This document shows, in pieces, positions 17,726 to 26,602 of a stretch of DNA of 28,879 nt. A model generated the notes under the pieces. It worked only from the letters and a program-made list of their open reading frames with translations, made no database searches and was not told the origin of the DNA. The DNA is from a virus (taxonomy: Duplodnaviria > Caudoviricetes), in IMG/VR virus record IMGVR_UViG_3300012862_000048, positions 1-28,879 of that record; one strand, given 5' to 3'. The translations under genes were made by a program, and so were the position numbers. Numbering within the stretch: the first letter of the stretch is position 1; each line of letters starts with the position of its first letter.

Positions 17726-18033
17726 TTTTGACAAGGTCGGCCCATCGGCTAGGGCGCGGGAGTTTCTGGACGCCTCTACGCGCAAGCCTCTGGCGGGCGA
17801 AGCAGTTTTGTCAGGCCCTAAAGTAGGTGGGTAGACGGGCTCCTACGATACGGCCCCCATCGCGCCCATCGCCCCAGCGATTGCCTCCCATTTCGCGACA
17901 TGTACGCGCGCACGCGCGCGAGGCCGGCCGGGTCTTCGGAATTTAGTTACACCTCTACGCGCGCGCGATGCGTGCCAAACAGCTTAGGTCGGCCTAACTT
18001 CCGGTCTTTGGAGTCCCTAGAAGGAGCGGTTCC

Positions 18034-18285
18034 ATGTTGCTTTGTGATGCCCCCCAAGTCCTTTCGGCAGAGGGGGAGGTGGACTACGTAGACCTGATCA
18101 CCCGAGCCGGCCTGGCCAAGGACCTGATCGGGAAGATCAACTGGCACTACCTCCTGCATGAGGACGGGTGCCCTGGTGAGGTCGGTGAGGCGTGTGCCTG
18201 TGGCCTGGTCGTGGCCTTCGTAGGGCGGTCCGCCATGGTCATGGTGGATAGCCACTATGCCTATCGTGCAGACCCCATCAACTGA
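18034..18285 (+). CDS. Hypothetical protein (83 aa)
   Basis: AGGAG RBS; His/Cys cluster HEDGC...CAC. Confidence 0.55.
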   Translation: MLLCDAPQVLSAEGEVDYVDLITRAGLAKDLIGKINWHYLLHEDGCPGEVGEACACGLVVAFVGRSAMVMVDSHYAYRADPIN

Positions 18286-18510
18286 GTTCTGTCAGGTCAT
18301 AAAGCCGATCGTGCTCGTCCCCGACGTTCGCCGCCTGATGTGCCCAATCCGGCTGCCTGTTCAGGGACGGCCGAGTTTGGCGACCGCTTTCGTTGAACTG
18401 TAAGTTGCCGTACTGTAAAGGGGAGGCGAAGTCGGCTAGTTGGAGCAGACCTGCATAGTTGACCTCAGCTCGGAACGGATACCGCGCCTACACTGGAGAG
18501 CTTAGGGCCT

Positions 18511-19098
18511 ATGCCAATTCCCCCCTTTGGAATTAATGGGGTACTTCCGCCCTATGTTGGTGCGAACGGTCCGGGCGGTCAGCCAGAAGACATGTCGCCG
18601 TATGTCGTGTCTGCGCTTGAGGTGGTGACTACCTTAGGAAATAGTGAGCGCCGAAGAGAAATACTGCGTGGCTGGTTGGAGCACAGAGCCGCGCTACGAG
18701 CGCTAGGGTTCGTTCAAGGCTTCCAATGGTTGGATGGCAGCTTTTTGGAGCAGAAGGAGCCCAATGACCTCGACCTTCTGAGCTTCTTGTTCCGGCCGCA
18801 GAATGCTTTGGCCGCCCCCCAACTGCGGCACCTAATGTATGCAAATGCGGCGATTTTTGACCGCGTAGCCGTCAAGGCCGCTTACAAGCTTGATGCTTTT
18901 TTTACCGACATGAATGCCAGTCCGATAGGGTTGGTGAATTTCACCCGGTATTACCTTGGCCTGTTTTCTCATAGGCGTGGTGACGATGTATGGAAGGGCA
19001 TGCTCCAAGTAGACCTGGCAGATGTTGCTGATGACATTGCGGCGCAAGCGGTTCTCGGCCCGGCGCCGTTGGTAGCGAGTCAAGGGGTAGCCCCGTGA
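18511..19098 (+). CDS. Pol-beta-type nucleotidyltransferase-like protein (DUF6932-like)
   Basis: IPPF..NGVLPP N-terminus; QWLDGSF....EPNDLD gives the GS plus DxD signature; lower GC. Confidence 0.75.
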   Translation: MPIPPFGINGVLPPYVGANGPGGQPEDMSPYVVSALEVVTTLGNSERRREILRGWLEHRAALRALGFVQGFQWLDGSFLEQKEPNDLDLLSFLFRPQNALAAPQLRHLMYANAAIFDRVAVKAAYKLDAFFTDMNASPIGLVNFTRYYLGLFSHRRGDDVWKGMLQVDLADVADDIAAQAVLGPAPLVASQGVAP

Positions 19099-20036
19099 GC
19101 AGAGTTAGGAAATTGGATCGTGACTTTACGCAGGCTGATATCGCTGCAGTCACCTCTTTGCTTGATCAGCTGACTGATGAAGACGTGATGGCGAGGTTCA
19201 GTCTTGAGTCGCGTTTGGGCGAGTTGCAAGCCGCTTTGGCTAGGATGGAGGAGGAGCCTGATCTGCCGGGCGCCTCTGCTGCGCTCTTCTTTGGTGGGCG
19301 CCCAGTAGTGGGTACTCGTGGGATAGAAACAGAATTCGGTGGATCTGCCGTTGCAAAGTTTCAAGATATCATCGCCAAAGTAATGGCCCACGAGGCAGGG
19401 AGGCTAGGGCAGCGTGGTGTGGTGCCCAATAAGGGGGCCTCATCGCTTCACATTACAAATGTGGTTCGAGGTTCATTTGGGTTCCTGCTAGAGGAGATTC
19501 ACGATCAGACAGAGATGCTTGATGCACCATTGAAGCATGCTGTCGAAGAGACATCGAGGATGCTTAGTGCCTTTGGAGAGCCCGATGAAGAAAAATATAG
19601 GACTGCGGTAGAAGATATCGATCAGCGAGTCCTAAGTACTGCTAGGGAGTTCTTTGATTTGATGAAAAGCAACGGCGCTACGCTGAGGGTCGTTGCTGGT
19701 GATCGAGATAACTCGTTCGGCCCAGACGCAGTCTCTCGTGCAGCGGAGCGTGCTCAGTCTACTTCAGTGGAAGAAGGCGACGAGTCCATTCATGGGCAAC
19801 TGTCTGGAACTTTGCCTGACGCTCATCAATTTGAGTTCCGCCGCCAGGCAGACGGCGTAGCAATTCGTGGAAAGATTGCAAAGTCGTATACGGCTGAAGA
19901 GTTGTTGAGATTCAATCGAGAGTTTGTAAATCGCGATGCGATTGCGAAGGTGAGAGTCGTTAGGGTGCGGCGGAATGGGGAGGTTGTCCGCGAGAAGTAC
20001 ACGCTTTTGGAGCTGGAAATGATGGGTATCGAGTAG
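19095..20036 (+). CDS. Hypothetical protein coupled to the nucleotidyltransferase
   Basis: GTGA overlap; 313 aa; GSFGFLLEE segment; beta-rich C-terminus, possibly an OB fold; lower GC. Confidence 0.75.
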   Translation: MSRVRKLDRDFTQADIAAVTSLLDQLTDEDVMARFSLESRLGELQAALARMEEEPDLPGASAALFFGGRPVVGTRGIETEFGGSAVAKFQDIIAKVMAHEAGRLGQRGVVPNKGASSLHITNVVRGSFGFLLEEIHDQTEMLDAPLKHAVEETSRMLSAFGEPDEEKYRTAVEDIDQRVLSTAREFFDLMKSNGATLRVVAGDRDNSFGPDAVSRAAERAQSTSVEEGDESIHGQLSGTLPDAHQFEFRRQADGVAIRGKIAKSYTAEELLRFNREFVNRDAIAKVRVVRVRRNGEVVREKYTLLELEMMGIE

Positions 20037-20105
20037 TTCTGCCCTTATCGAAGGATATCTGTAGCGCTGGATTCATTAGGCGGGAAGTTGAGGGAAAGCG
20101 TCGCT

Positions 20106-21074
20106 CTACGGTTGATTTTCTGCGGTCACCGTCGCCTTGCGTGCTCTATGCTTCCAGAAAGTGCGGACTATCGCCTCACTATTTCCAAAAATGTAGCTCT
20201 GAGCCCGTTGGGCTTGAATCATGTTTAAGTGGTTGACCGTGTCGGGTGATACCGCGTTAACTCCTGCCGCGAACTGATCTGTGTCGCAGATCGCGTACGC
20301 TACCGTTGCGCAGATGGGGTAGACGAAATCTGCCTTCTCTGGCGGTGCCGTACCGATTTTGGGTAGCACGTTCTGTATCGGCTGGTCAGACGTGATGAAG
20401 GGGTGCTCTGGATCGGTCACGAGCACGCAATGTCGTTCAAGGGTTCGGTGTGCAAAGAAGTGCCACCCGAGGTTGACGCCATACATGTAGGAAACGAACC
20501 ACCACGCACTCGAAAAATCGTCTGCGAGGTCCTTCGTGAACGTATCCCGCAGAGTGTCTAGGCAAGAATCACGGAATAGCTTCGTTCTCGTGATCTGATG
20601 GCCGAGAAAGCTCATGAGGTGGATCAGTGATTCCTGAGAGTTCAACACAGAAAAGTCATGCGCTGCTAGCGCATCGATTACTGGTCTAGCTCTCAGTTCG
20701 TGGCCTGAGTGGAGATTCTCAATGAAATTACTTCGATGAATTTCCAGGGTCTTGGCAGCATCTCGTCCCCATTGGCCTTGGTCGACTAGTGCTCCCTCCA
20801 TTGCTTGGATATCTCGCCAAGCCTCGAGGTGTCGGCGATGTATTTCCCGGACGTGGTCCCCGTGGACACTAAATACTCGCTCAAGTAGATTCAGTTGGCG
20901 TTCTGAAATCGGGTTTGCGCGATAGAAGTGCTGCTCGCGTGCGACCCCCTGCACTGAATCGCAAATGATCTTTCCCCTGGGTGAAGGGAACCAGACCCGC
21001 TTTCCATCGCAGGACCATCGCCGTAGATAGTGCGCCCACACGTAGTGGTGATTTTTTTTTGTCGGTAGCTGCAT
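20106..21074 (-). CDS. DUF4238-family protein (anti-phage-associated)
   Basis: N-terminal NHHYV...YLRRW and FITSDQP motifs; ATG at 21074 chosen because the family motif is N-terminal. Confidence 0.8.
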   Translation of the reverse strand: MQLPTKKNHHYVWAHYLRRWSCDGKRVWFPSPRGKIICDSVQGVAREQHFYRANPISERQLNLLERVFSVHGDHVREIHRRHLEAWRDIQAMEGALVDQGQWGRDAAKTLEIHRSNFIENLHSGHELRARPVIDALAAHDFSVLNSQESLIHLMSFLGHQITRTKLFRDSCLDTLRDTFTKDLADDFSSAWWFVSYMYGVNLGWHFFAHRTLERHCVLVTDPEHPFITSDQPIQNVLPKIGTAPPEKADFVYPICATVAYAICDTDQFAAGVNAVSPDTVNHLNMIQAQRAQSYIFGNSEAIVRTFWKHRARKATVTAENQP

Positions 21075-21171
21075 CTGTGGCGTGCAAGATGAGATCGGCT
21101 GAGTGTAGCGCTGGCGCCAGACTTCGGCAGCGCCTGAAGAGAGCTGATGTCCCAAATAGGATTCTTTCTAA

Positions 21172-21459
21172 CTATGTGACAGGATCGAAGGGCATGATCC
21201 CAGCCGCCTCGTTGATTTGCGCCCCAATCGTCCTGAGGCCACGTTGCAGTGCCGCATTGAAGTCAACGTGGCCAGTCGAGGCATGATGATCCGAGATCTC
21301 GGGCAGCATCTGTGCCCACAGTAGGGCCATTGTTTCCGCTGCTGGGTGTGCCGCGATTGCCGCCCGGAGGCCGTACTCAAGAGCCTTGATGTATCCCAGT
21401 TGGGCGGCAAGTTCTGCTTCAACGCCGGCATGGGCGCCGGCAACGCTGGGGGTGTCCAT
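21172..21459 (-). CDS. Hypothetical helical protein (95 aa)
   Basis: GGAG RBS before the ATG at 21459; host-like codon usage. Confidence 0.6.
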   Translation of the reverse strand: MDTPSVAGAHAGVEAELAAQLGYIKALEYGLRAAIAAHPAAETMALLWAQMLPEISDHHASTGHVDFNAALQRGLRTIGAQINEAAGIMPFDPVT

Positions 21460-21525
21460 GTGAGCTCCCATCGACAGTGAGTGGAATAACGGCAATAGTG
21501 GGTTGGCCCCATATGGACCCGAGCT

Positions 21526-22140
21526 TTGAGCATCCTCAATGTTCTGCTGCGCGCTGACCAGCTCCTTGTTGCCGTCGACACTTTGGCCGAGGACGCACTC
21601 ACCGGAGCGCCCTCAGCGGGGGCCAAACTACTACTGATCCCCCAGCACAATCTGGTGCTGGCGACTCGGGGAAGCGCGCAGTTCTTCCTACGCATCTACG
21701 AACTGGCCCTGCAGGCCAGCTTCCGCGCGGATTTCACCATGGAGCAGCTCGGCAGGGAGCTTGGACTTGTGGTTGACCAGGTGTGGCCAGCGTACGAGAA
21801 AGCCGCGCTGAACGCCGGAATGGCTCCGTCGGTTATAGGAACCGAACTCGTCCTGGGCGGGTGGTCACCTCAGGCGGGGCGCATGGTGGCCACCGCATAT
21901 GCCAAAAGCGTCAGCGGGGAGCCCGCGCGAGTGCAGCAGCTGGCTGGTGGCTTGGCGTCGCCTGGCGATCCACTGAAGGGGAGAAGCGACAGCTTTGATC
22001 CAGAGGATGTTCTGGTGGCCGGTCGGCTGCAGGCCGCCTGGCTCAATGGCCGTGTAGGAAGGACGGTGGCAGGCGGTCGTCTGCTGGCGGCTGTCCTACG
22101 GCAGGGGCAGGCGACTGTCCAAGATATTGGACCCCTCTAG
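21526..22140 (+). CDS. Putative Ntn-hydrolase/proteasome-beta-like protein
   Basis: TTG start; S-ILNV....LLVAVDT...K.LLIP..NLVLATRGS parallels the T-x-x-x...aD...K...G pattern of the fold. Confidence 0.5.
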   Translation: MSILNVLLRADQLLVAVDTLAEDALTGAPSAGAKLLLIPQHNLVLATRGSAQFFLRIYELALQASFRADFTMEQLGRELGLVVDQVWPAYEKAALNAGMAPSVIGTELVLGGWSPQAGRMVATAYAKSVSGEPARVQQLAGGLASPGDPLKGRSDSFDPEDVLVAGRLQAAWLNGRVGRTVAGGRLLAAVLRQGQATVQDIGPL

Positions 22141-22303
22141 GGGCTCATAGCGGGGCAGCGCGCTACATGTCGGCCGATGCCTCGACAGCCAGGCGTCAGA
22201 CGAATCGTAGTCACCTGGGCGAAGTCGCCCCGGCATCCGCGCTCAGGGTGAGGTATGAGATTTGCTGATAACCTCGTGTCGAATCCTGTATAGGCAGCAA
22301 TCC

Positions 22304-23132
22304 GTGATTGATGACCCGCTTCCGCAGAGTTGGAAAGATCTTCAGGATGGTGTGGCACGTATATTCACAAATCTGGGCCTCATTGCTGATACCGAGGTTA
22401 CAGTGGAAACTTCGCGGGGCTCCGTAACTCTGGATGTCTTGGCATTGGATTCCGCTAGTCTTGATAACATTAAATACGTTGTTGAGTGCAAGAATTGGGG
22501 TTCTGCAATTCCTCAGTCGGTAGTGCATTCGTTTACAACGGTGATGCATGAGACGGGGGCCAATATTGGATTTATTGTTTCAAAGGTAGGGCTGCAGTCA
22601 GGCGCGGAGCAGTACACGGCGAATACCAATATTTCAGGCCTTACCTACTTGGAATTTCAGCAGCGATATTTCAATTCTTGGTGGTATAGATATTTCTGCC
22701 CGTTGGTGGGGGACGCGGCTGATAAGCCGCTGCAGTTCATCGAGCCGATCAATTCTGCAAGGGATAGGGCATGCAGCGATCTGTCAGCAGAAAAGAAGGC
22801 TGAATTTGATGCTTTGAGAGAGCAAAATGGCATCTTGGTAATGATGCTATCAATGTTGAATATTGGATCTATTGCCCCCCCATCTGGCGACAGCCGATTT
22901 TCAACATCCGCCTCCTAGTATCGAAGAATTTAAACTCTCGGTGGCATCTGTCGCGCCTCACGTCACCCTTAGCGCCGCAAGCTATAGAGGCATCATGCAC
23001 GAGCTGATTGACTATCTGGGGGACTTGTCCGTTCAGTTTGACGCTATTTTGGGGTTCGAATTGTTCCCCGGCGACCTCTCCTTGACGGGGGTCACTCTCA
23101 GGGGCCCGCCTGGTAACAGGCCTCGGAGATAG
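22304..23132 (+). pseudogene. Mrr-like PD-(D/E)xK restriction endonuclease, frameshifted in a C7 run
   Basis: DVLA...VVECKNW catalytic motif and GLQSGA. The frame stops at 22918, but removing one C from 22875-22881 joins it to ORF 22863..23132. Confidence 0.72.
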
Positions 23133-23261
23133 GGTTCCGGCGTTCTAGAGCCTCCCGTCGCGTGAGCGCGCGGGGTGTCAAGGCTGGCAGTGGCTCTCGA
23201 TTTCGGGATAGCATCCCGTCCCCCTCTGGCGGTGCCGGGGCAATTGGATACACTACCCCGC

Positions 23262-23936
23262 ATGACGAGCATCACCATCCCCGGTGGCCTGCTGGTTGCC
23301 ATCGAGGGAATCGATGGGGCCGGCAAGTCGACCTTGGCCAAAGGCCTGACCGAGCGGCTGCGCGCCCATGGCGTGGCCGTTTCGACCAGTAAAGAGCCAA
23401 CCAATGGCCCCTGGGGCGCCAAACTTCGTCAATCCGCCGAATCCGGTCGTCTGAGCCCGGAGCAGGAGGTCGAATACCTGCTAGCGGATCGTCGCGATCA
23501 CGTCGAGCAGTTCATTGAGCCAGCGCTGCAGCGCGGTGAAGTGGTGATCTTGGACCGTTACTTCCCGTCCATGGTGGCCTACCAGGGCGCCGCTGGGCTG
23601 CCCATTGAAGACCTGTCGACTGCGAACGACTTCGCGCCGCGGCCGCACCTGATGCTGCTACTCGACGTAGAACCGGCCACAGGGCTGGAGCGGATCCGTG
23701 CACGCGGTGACCGCCCCAACCACTTCGAGAATGAGGAGAATCTGGCCATGTGCCGGCAGATATTCCTAGGCATGGCGGAGCGATCTAAGGTGGTGGTGGA
23801 CGCATCTAAGCCAGAAGCAGACGTCCTCGAGGACTGCTACGCACGGCTGGTGGTCCTGTTCGCTCAGAACGTCGGTAACCTGTCGCTGGAGAACATCCAG
23901 AAGGTCGGCGCGCTGATGGAAGGGCACTTGGCTTAA
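23262..23936 (+). CDS. tmk: Thymidylate (dTMP) kinase, accessory copy
   Basis: IEGIDGAGKST P-loop, KEPT, ADRRDH, VILDRY and AYQG motifs. Confidence 0.9.
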   Translation: MTSITIPGGLLVAIEGIDGAGKSTLAKGLTERLRAHGVAVSTSKEPTNGPWGAKLRQSAESGRLSPEQEVEYLLADRRDHVEQFIEPALQRGEVVILDRYFPSMVAYQGAAGLPIEDLSTANDFAPRPHLMLLLDVEPATGLERIRARGDRPNHFENEENLAMCRQIFLGMAERSKVVVDASKPEADVLEDCYARLVVLFAQNVGNLSLENIQKVGALMEGHLA

Positions 23937-23990
23937 GCCAGTCAGCTCGCAATCGCAGTCTCTGCGACTCCCGGCCGTATTCTTACGGCC

Positions 23991-24497
23991 ATGCTCCCCT
24001 CGATTGGCTACCAAGGCTTTCGCACCGCCCCCATCCCGTCGGGTTGGGTGCAGATGGGTGACCGCTGGGCACTGTGGTGGAACGGGCGCGAGGTGGCCAG
24101 CGTCACCTCGGCCCGCGAGGGTGGTTACCGCCTCCATCTGGACGCCCTGAAGATGTGGCAGACCAAGAACGCCCCAGTCGCCAGCATTCTCCAGGGCAAG
24201 CGCTTCGCCGAGCGTTGGTGCGCCGCCAGGCTGTACCCGGGCCTGCCGCTGCGAGAGGCGGTCGTCCGCCTGACCGACAGCACACCCATCAAGCCGGCGC
24301 CACCGCTGCCTGGCTTGCCGCCTACTCCTGAGCAACAGCAACAGGCCGAACGCCTAGGCGCGGCGGCGGCTGCAGCATCGGCCCGCGTGATGGCCGCATT
24401 GGAGCCGATCCAGCCGCCGACGGAGATCAAGCCCAGGGCAAAGGGGCCATGGAAGGGGAGAATCCGACCCAGCAATGCCGATTTCTCAAGGGTGTGA
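23991..24497 (+). CDS. Hypothetical Trp/Pro-rich prophage-type protein
   Basis: Clean ORF with host-like codon usage; TATTCT lies 7 nt before the ATG. Confidence 0.7.
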   Translation: MLPSIGYQGFRTAPIPSGWVQMGDRWALWWNGREVASVTSAREGGYRLHLDALKMWQTKNAPVASILQGKRFAERWCAARLYPGLPLREAVVRLTDSTPIKPAPPLPGLPPTPEQQQQAERLGAAAAAASARVMAALEPIQPPTEIKPRAKGPWKGRIRPSNADFSRV

Positions 24498-24563
24498 CCA
24501 TTCCCTTGGTCGTCGCGGGGGCTACTCTATTCGTCGCGAAGGCTGGGGTGCTGCAGGGTCACG

Positions 24564-24761
24564 ATGAGATTGATGACGCCCGAGCGGTGGCTAGACCGCT
24601 ACTTCGAAGAGGGCAGCCGCCCGTCCATGCAGGTTCTGCAGCGACTGCTGCGCGAAGGTAAGCTGCCCGGCCGCAAGGTCGGCGGTGCCTGGTTCATCGA
24701 CGAACACGAATGGCTGGCGAATGGCGACGATCTTGTCCTGAGGGTCTTGAGTAGTTCTTAA
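24564..24761 (+). CDS. Excisionase-like wHTH protein
   Basis: 65 aa; LMTPERW...PSMQVLQRLLREGKLPGRKVGGAWFID, a lambda-Xis-like pattern. Confidence 0.75.
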   Translation: MRLMTPERWLDRYFEEGSRPSMQVLQRLLREGKLPGRKVGGAWFIDEHEWLANGDDLVLRVLSSS

Positions 24762-24924
24762 GGCTGGAGGCAGTCCCGCCGCCTGGCTTCGGCATCGCCT
24801 TGGGTTCGGAGCTATAGCCATGAATTGGCTCCGCATCCAATGAGGGGTAGCATCCGCTCAGGCAGCCACGCCGGCTGCAGGACGCCCTCTTGGGGATGAC
24901 CCCAGAGGCAGGGGAGTGGGGGCA

Positions 24925-25569
24925 GTGAAAGGATTTCTGATGCTCTTTCTGGGGCTGGCATTGGCGTGGGCAAGCGTGGCTGATGCGCGCGGCGTTCGGG
25001 TCAGCGGTTACGTCAAGAAGGACGGGACCTATGTCGCCCCGCACTACAGAAGCGCTCCGAATCGGTCGACGCAGGACAACTACTCAACGCGGGGGAACTA
25101 CAACCCCTATACGGGCCAAGCTGGCAAGAAGGATCCGTACGCGCTACCTCCGCCGAGGGGAGGATACGGATCCGGATACGTGCCCAGTGCCCAGGCGTCG
25201 ACCTATTCCCAACCGGTCTATAGGAGCCCTTCGGCTCCGACGGAACCGACTACATATCGCTTGGCAGACTCCAGCGGCGGCTGGCCCAGGTTCAACGCGC
25301 CGGCCATCGCAAGCCCGGAGAGTGTGGACGATGCGGAACGCTACGGTAGTGGCCGCTCTAACTATCTGGCGTCGGCGGTCGGAAGTCTCTGCAACGAGTT
25401 CTTGCTAGCCGCTGATGAGATGGCCAGGTCGGCAGAGACCTTGGCCAAGTGTGCTTCGCGGATGGATCCCAGGCAGACCTGCGCAGTCGAGGCTGATGAC
25501 GCTATGCAGTCGTCCATTCGATACCAAGTCAGCGCAAGCAAGGCACAGAGTTACTGTCGCGGGCCGTAG
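24925..25569 (+). CDS. Secreted protein with a GYxRxDGTYV-type N-terminal module
   Basis: Signal peptide (KGFLMLFLGLALAWASVADA), VSGYVKKDGTYVAPHYRSAPN...NPYTG, P/S/Y-rich linker, four-Cys helical C-terminus. Confidence 0.7.
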   Translation: MKGFLMLFLGLALAWASVADARGVRVSGYVKKDGTYVAPHYRSAPNRSTQDNYSTRGNYNPYTGQAGKKDPYALPPPRGGYGSGYVPSAQASTYSQPVYRSPSAPTEPTTYRLADSSGGWPRFNAPAIASPESVDDAERYGSGRSNYLASAVGSLCNEFLLAADEMARSAETLAKCASRMDPRQTCAVEADDAMQSSIRYQVSASKAQSYCRGP

Positions 25570-25591
25570 CAGATCGATTGGAGGAAGCGCC

Positions 25592-25876
25592 ATGTCTAGT
25601 GAAGATTGCACCGTACCGTGGGAACTGAGGGCAATCGGTGCACATGACGTCGGGATCCTTTTAGGCTTGGCGCCACGCACGGTCCTAGAGACCGTCGCCT
25701 GCAGGCCGGATTTCCCTTTGCGTGTATCAATGCGGCCAGCGACTTGGGTTGCAGGAGAGGTTCTCAAATGGAGGGACGAGAACAGGGGCATTCCGAAGGG
25801 CCGGAAAGGCAAGCGGAGCAGTGCATCGGCCGCCGCCGCTAAGCCTGCCGCGCGTCGGTCCGCCGGCGACCCTTAG
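25592..25876 (+). CDS. AlpA-like excisionase
   Basis: GGAGG RBS; IGAHDVGILLGLAPRTVLETVACRPDFP...ATWVAGEVLKW. Confidence 0.7.
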   Translation: MSSEDCTVPWELRAIGAHDVGILLGLAPRTVLETVACRPDFPLRVSMRPATWVAGEVLKWRDENRGIPKGRKGKRSSASAAAAKPAARRSAGDP

Positions 25877-26165
25877 TTCTCCGGTTCGTCGGTGCCAAGA
25901 GGGCCGCAAGCCTTTCATCGGCCGAGCCAGGGCGGGGGACTGATTGGGATGTTCTTGGTGCTGCTTGCCCTACTGCCGATGCCCGCCGCGAGCGCTCCCA
26001 CCAATCCTCAAGATCGGCCGGGTGAATGCGATCCGACCTGGCACTAGCTCCTAGCCGGACAGCCACAAGTTGGCCTGCGTCTATGGCTCTTCGAATCGTC
26101 TTGGGCGAGCAGGCGCTGCATTCTGCCGCCTCGGCAATCGTCATCAGCCTTCCAGACAGGGCCAC
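25839..26165 (-). CDS. Excisionase-family HTH (HTH_17-like)
   Basis: LMTIAEAAECSACSPKTIRRAIDAGQLVAVRLG...RIHPADLEDW; GTG start overlapping the upstream stop. Confidence 0.8.
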   Translation of the reverse strand: MALSGRLMTIAEAAECSACSPKTIRRAIDAGQLVAVRLGASARSDRIHPADLEDWWERSRRASAVGQAAPRTSQSVPRPGSADERLAALLAPTNRRTKGRRRTDARQA

Positions 26166-26530
26166 TAGCGCTTCCCCTGGCGCTGTTCATGGCGCCGCAG
26201 TCGGGCCAATGCCTCCGCGACCTGGGGCGAGGTGGTCCCAGCCGAAGGAGCGGAAGTGACCGCGCTCCGCGACTTCCAGCTGCCCGAGTCGTGGATTGCC
26301 CTGTACAGCTCGCTCTTCTCGTAGAGCTTCTTCCCCATGAACTGTCTAGGAGAAAGGCCGCACTCTCCGGCCTTCGAATTGAACTGGCTGACTGACACGC
26401 CGCAGTAGTGCGCGGCCTCGTCCACGGTTAGCCAGTCCTTGCCAGAAAGGTCGATCCGCAGGGCGGTCAGCTGCTGCCTCAGCAGGGCGATCTCCTGCTC
26501 AAGCAGCAGTTCGGCTGGCAACTCGTCCAT
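26165..26530 (-). CDS. Excisionase-like HTH with N-terminal coiled coil
   Basis: AGGAG RBS before the ATG at 26530; WLTVDEAAHYCGVSVSQF...GKKLYEKSEL. Confidence 0.72.
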   Translation of the reverse strand: MDELPAELLLEQEIALLRQQLTALRIDLSGKDWLTVDEAAHYCGVSVSQFNSKAGECGLSPRQFMGKKLYEKSELYRAIHDSGSWKSRSAVTSAPSAGTTSPQVAEALARLRRHEQRQGKR

Positions 26531-26602
26531 GGCGTCTCCTCTGTCTGTACCCGAGAGTAGCGCCCTGCGGCATGATCGGCACAGGCCACTCTGAGATGTC
26601 CG

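Noticed and set aside
17943-17957. Xanthomonadales-type LexA box (TTAG-N6-TACTA-like)
   Set aside because: TTAGTTACACCTCTA has two mismatches in the right half-site; too weak to call.
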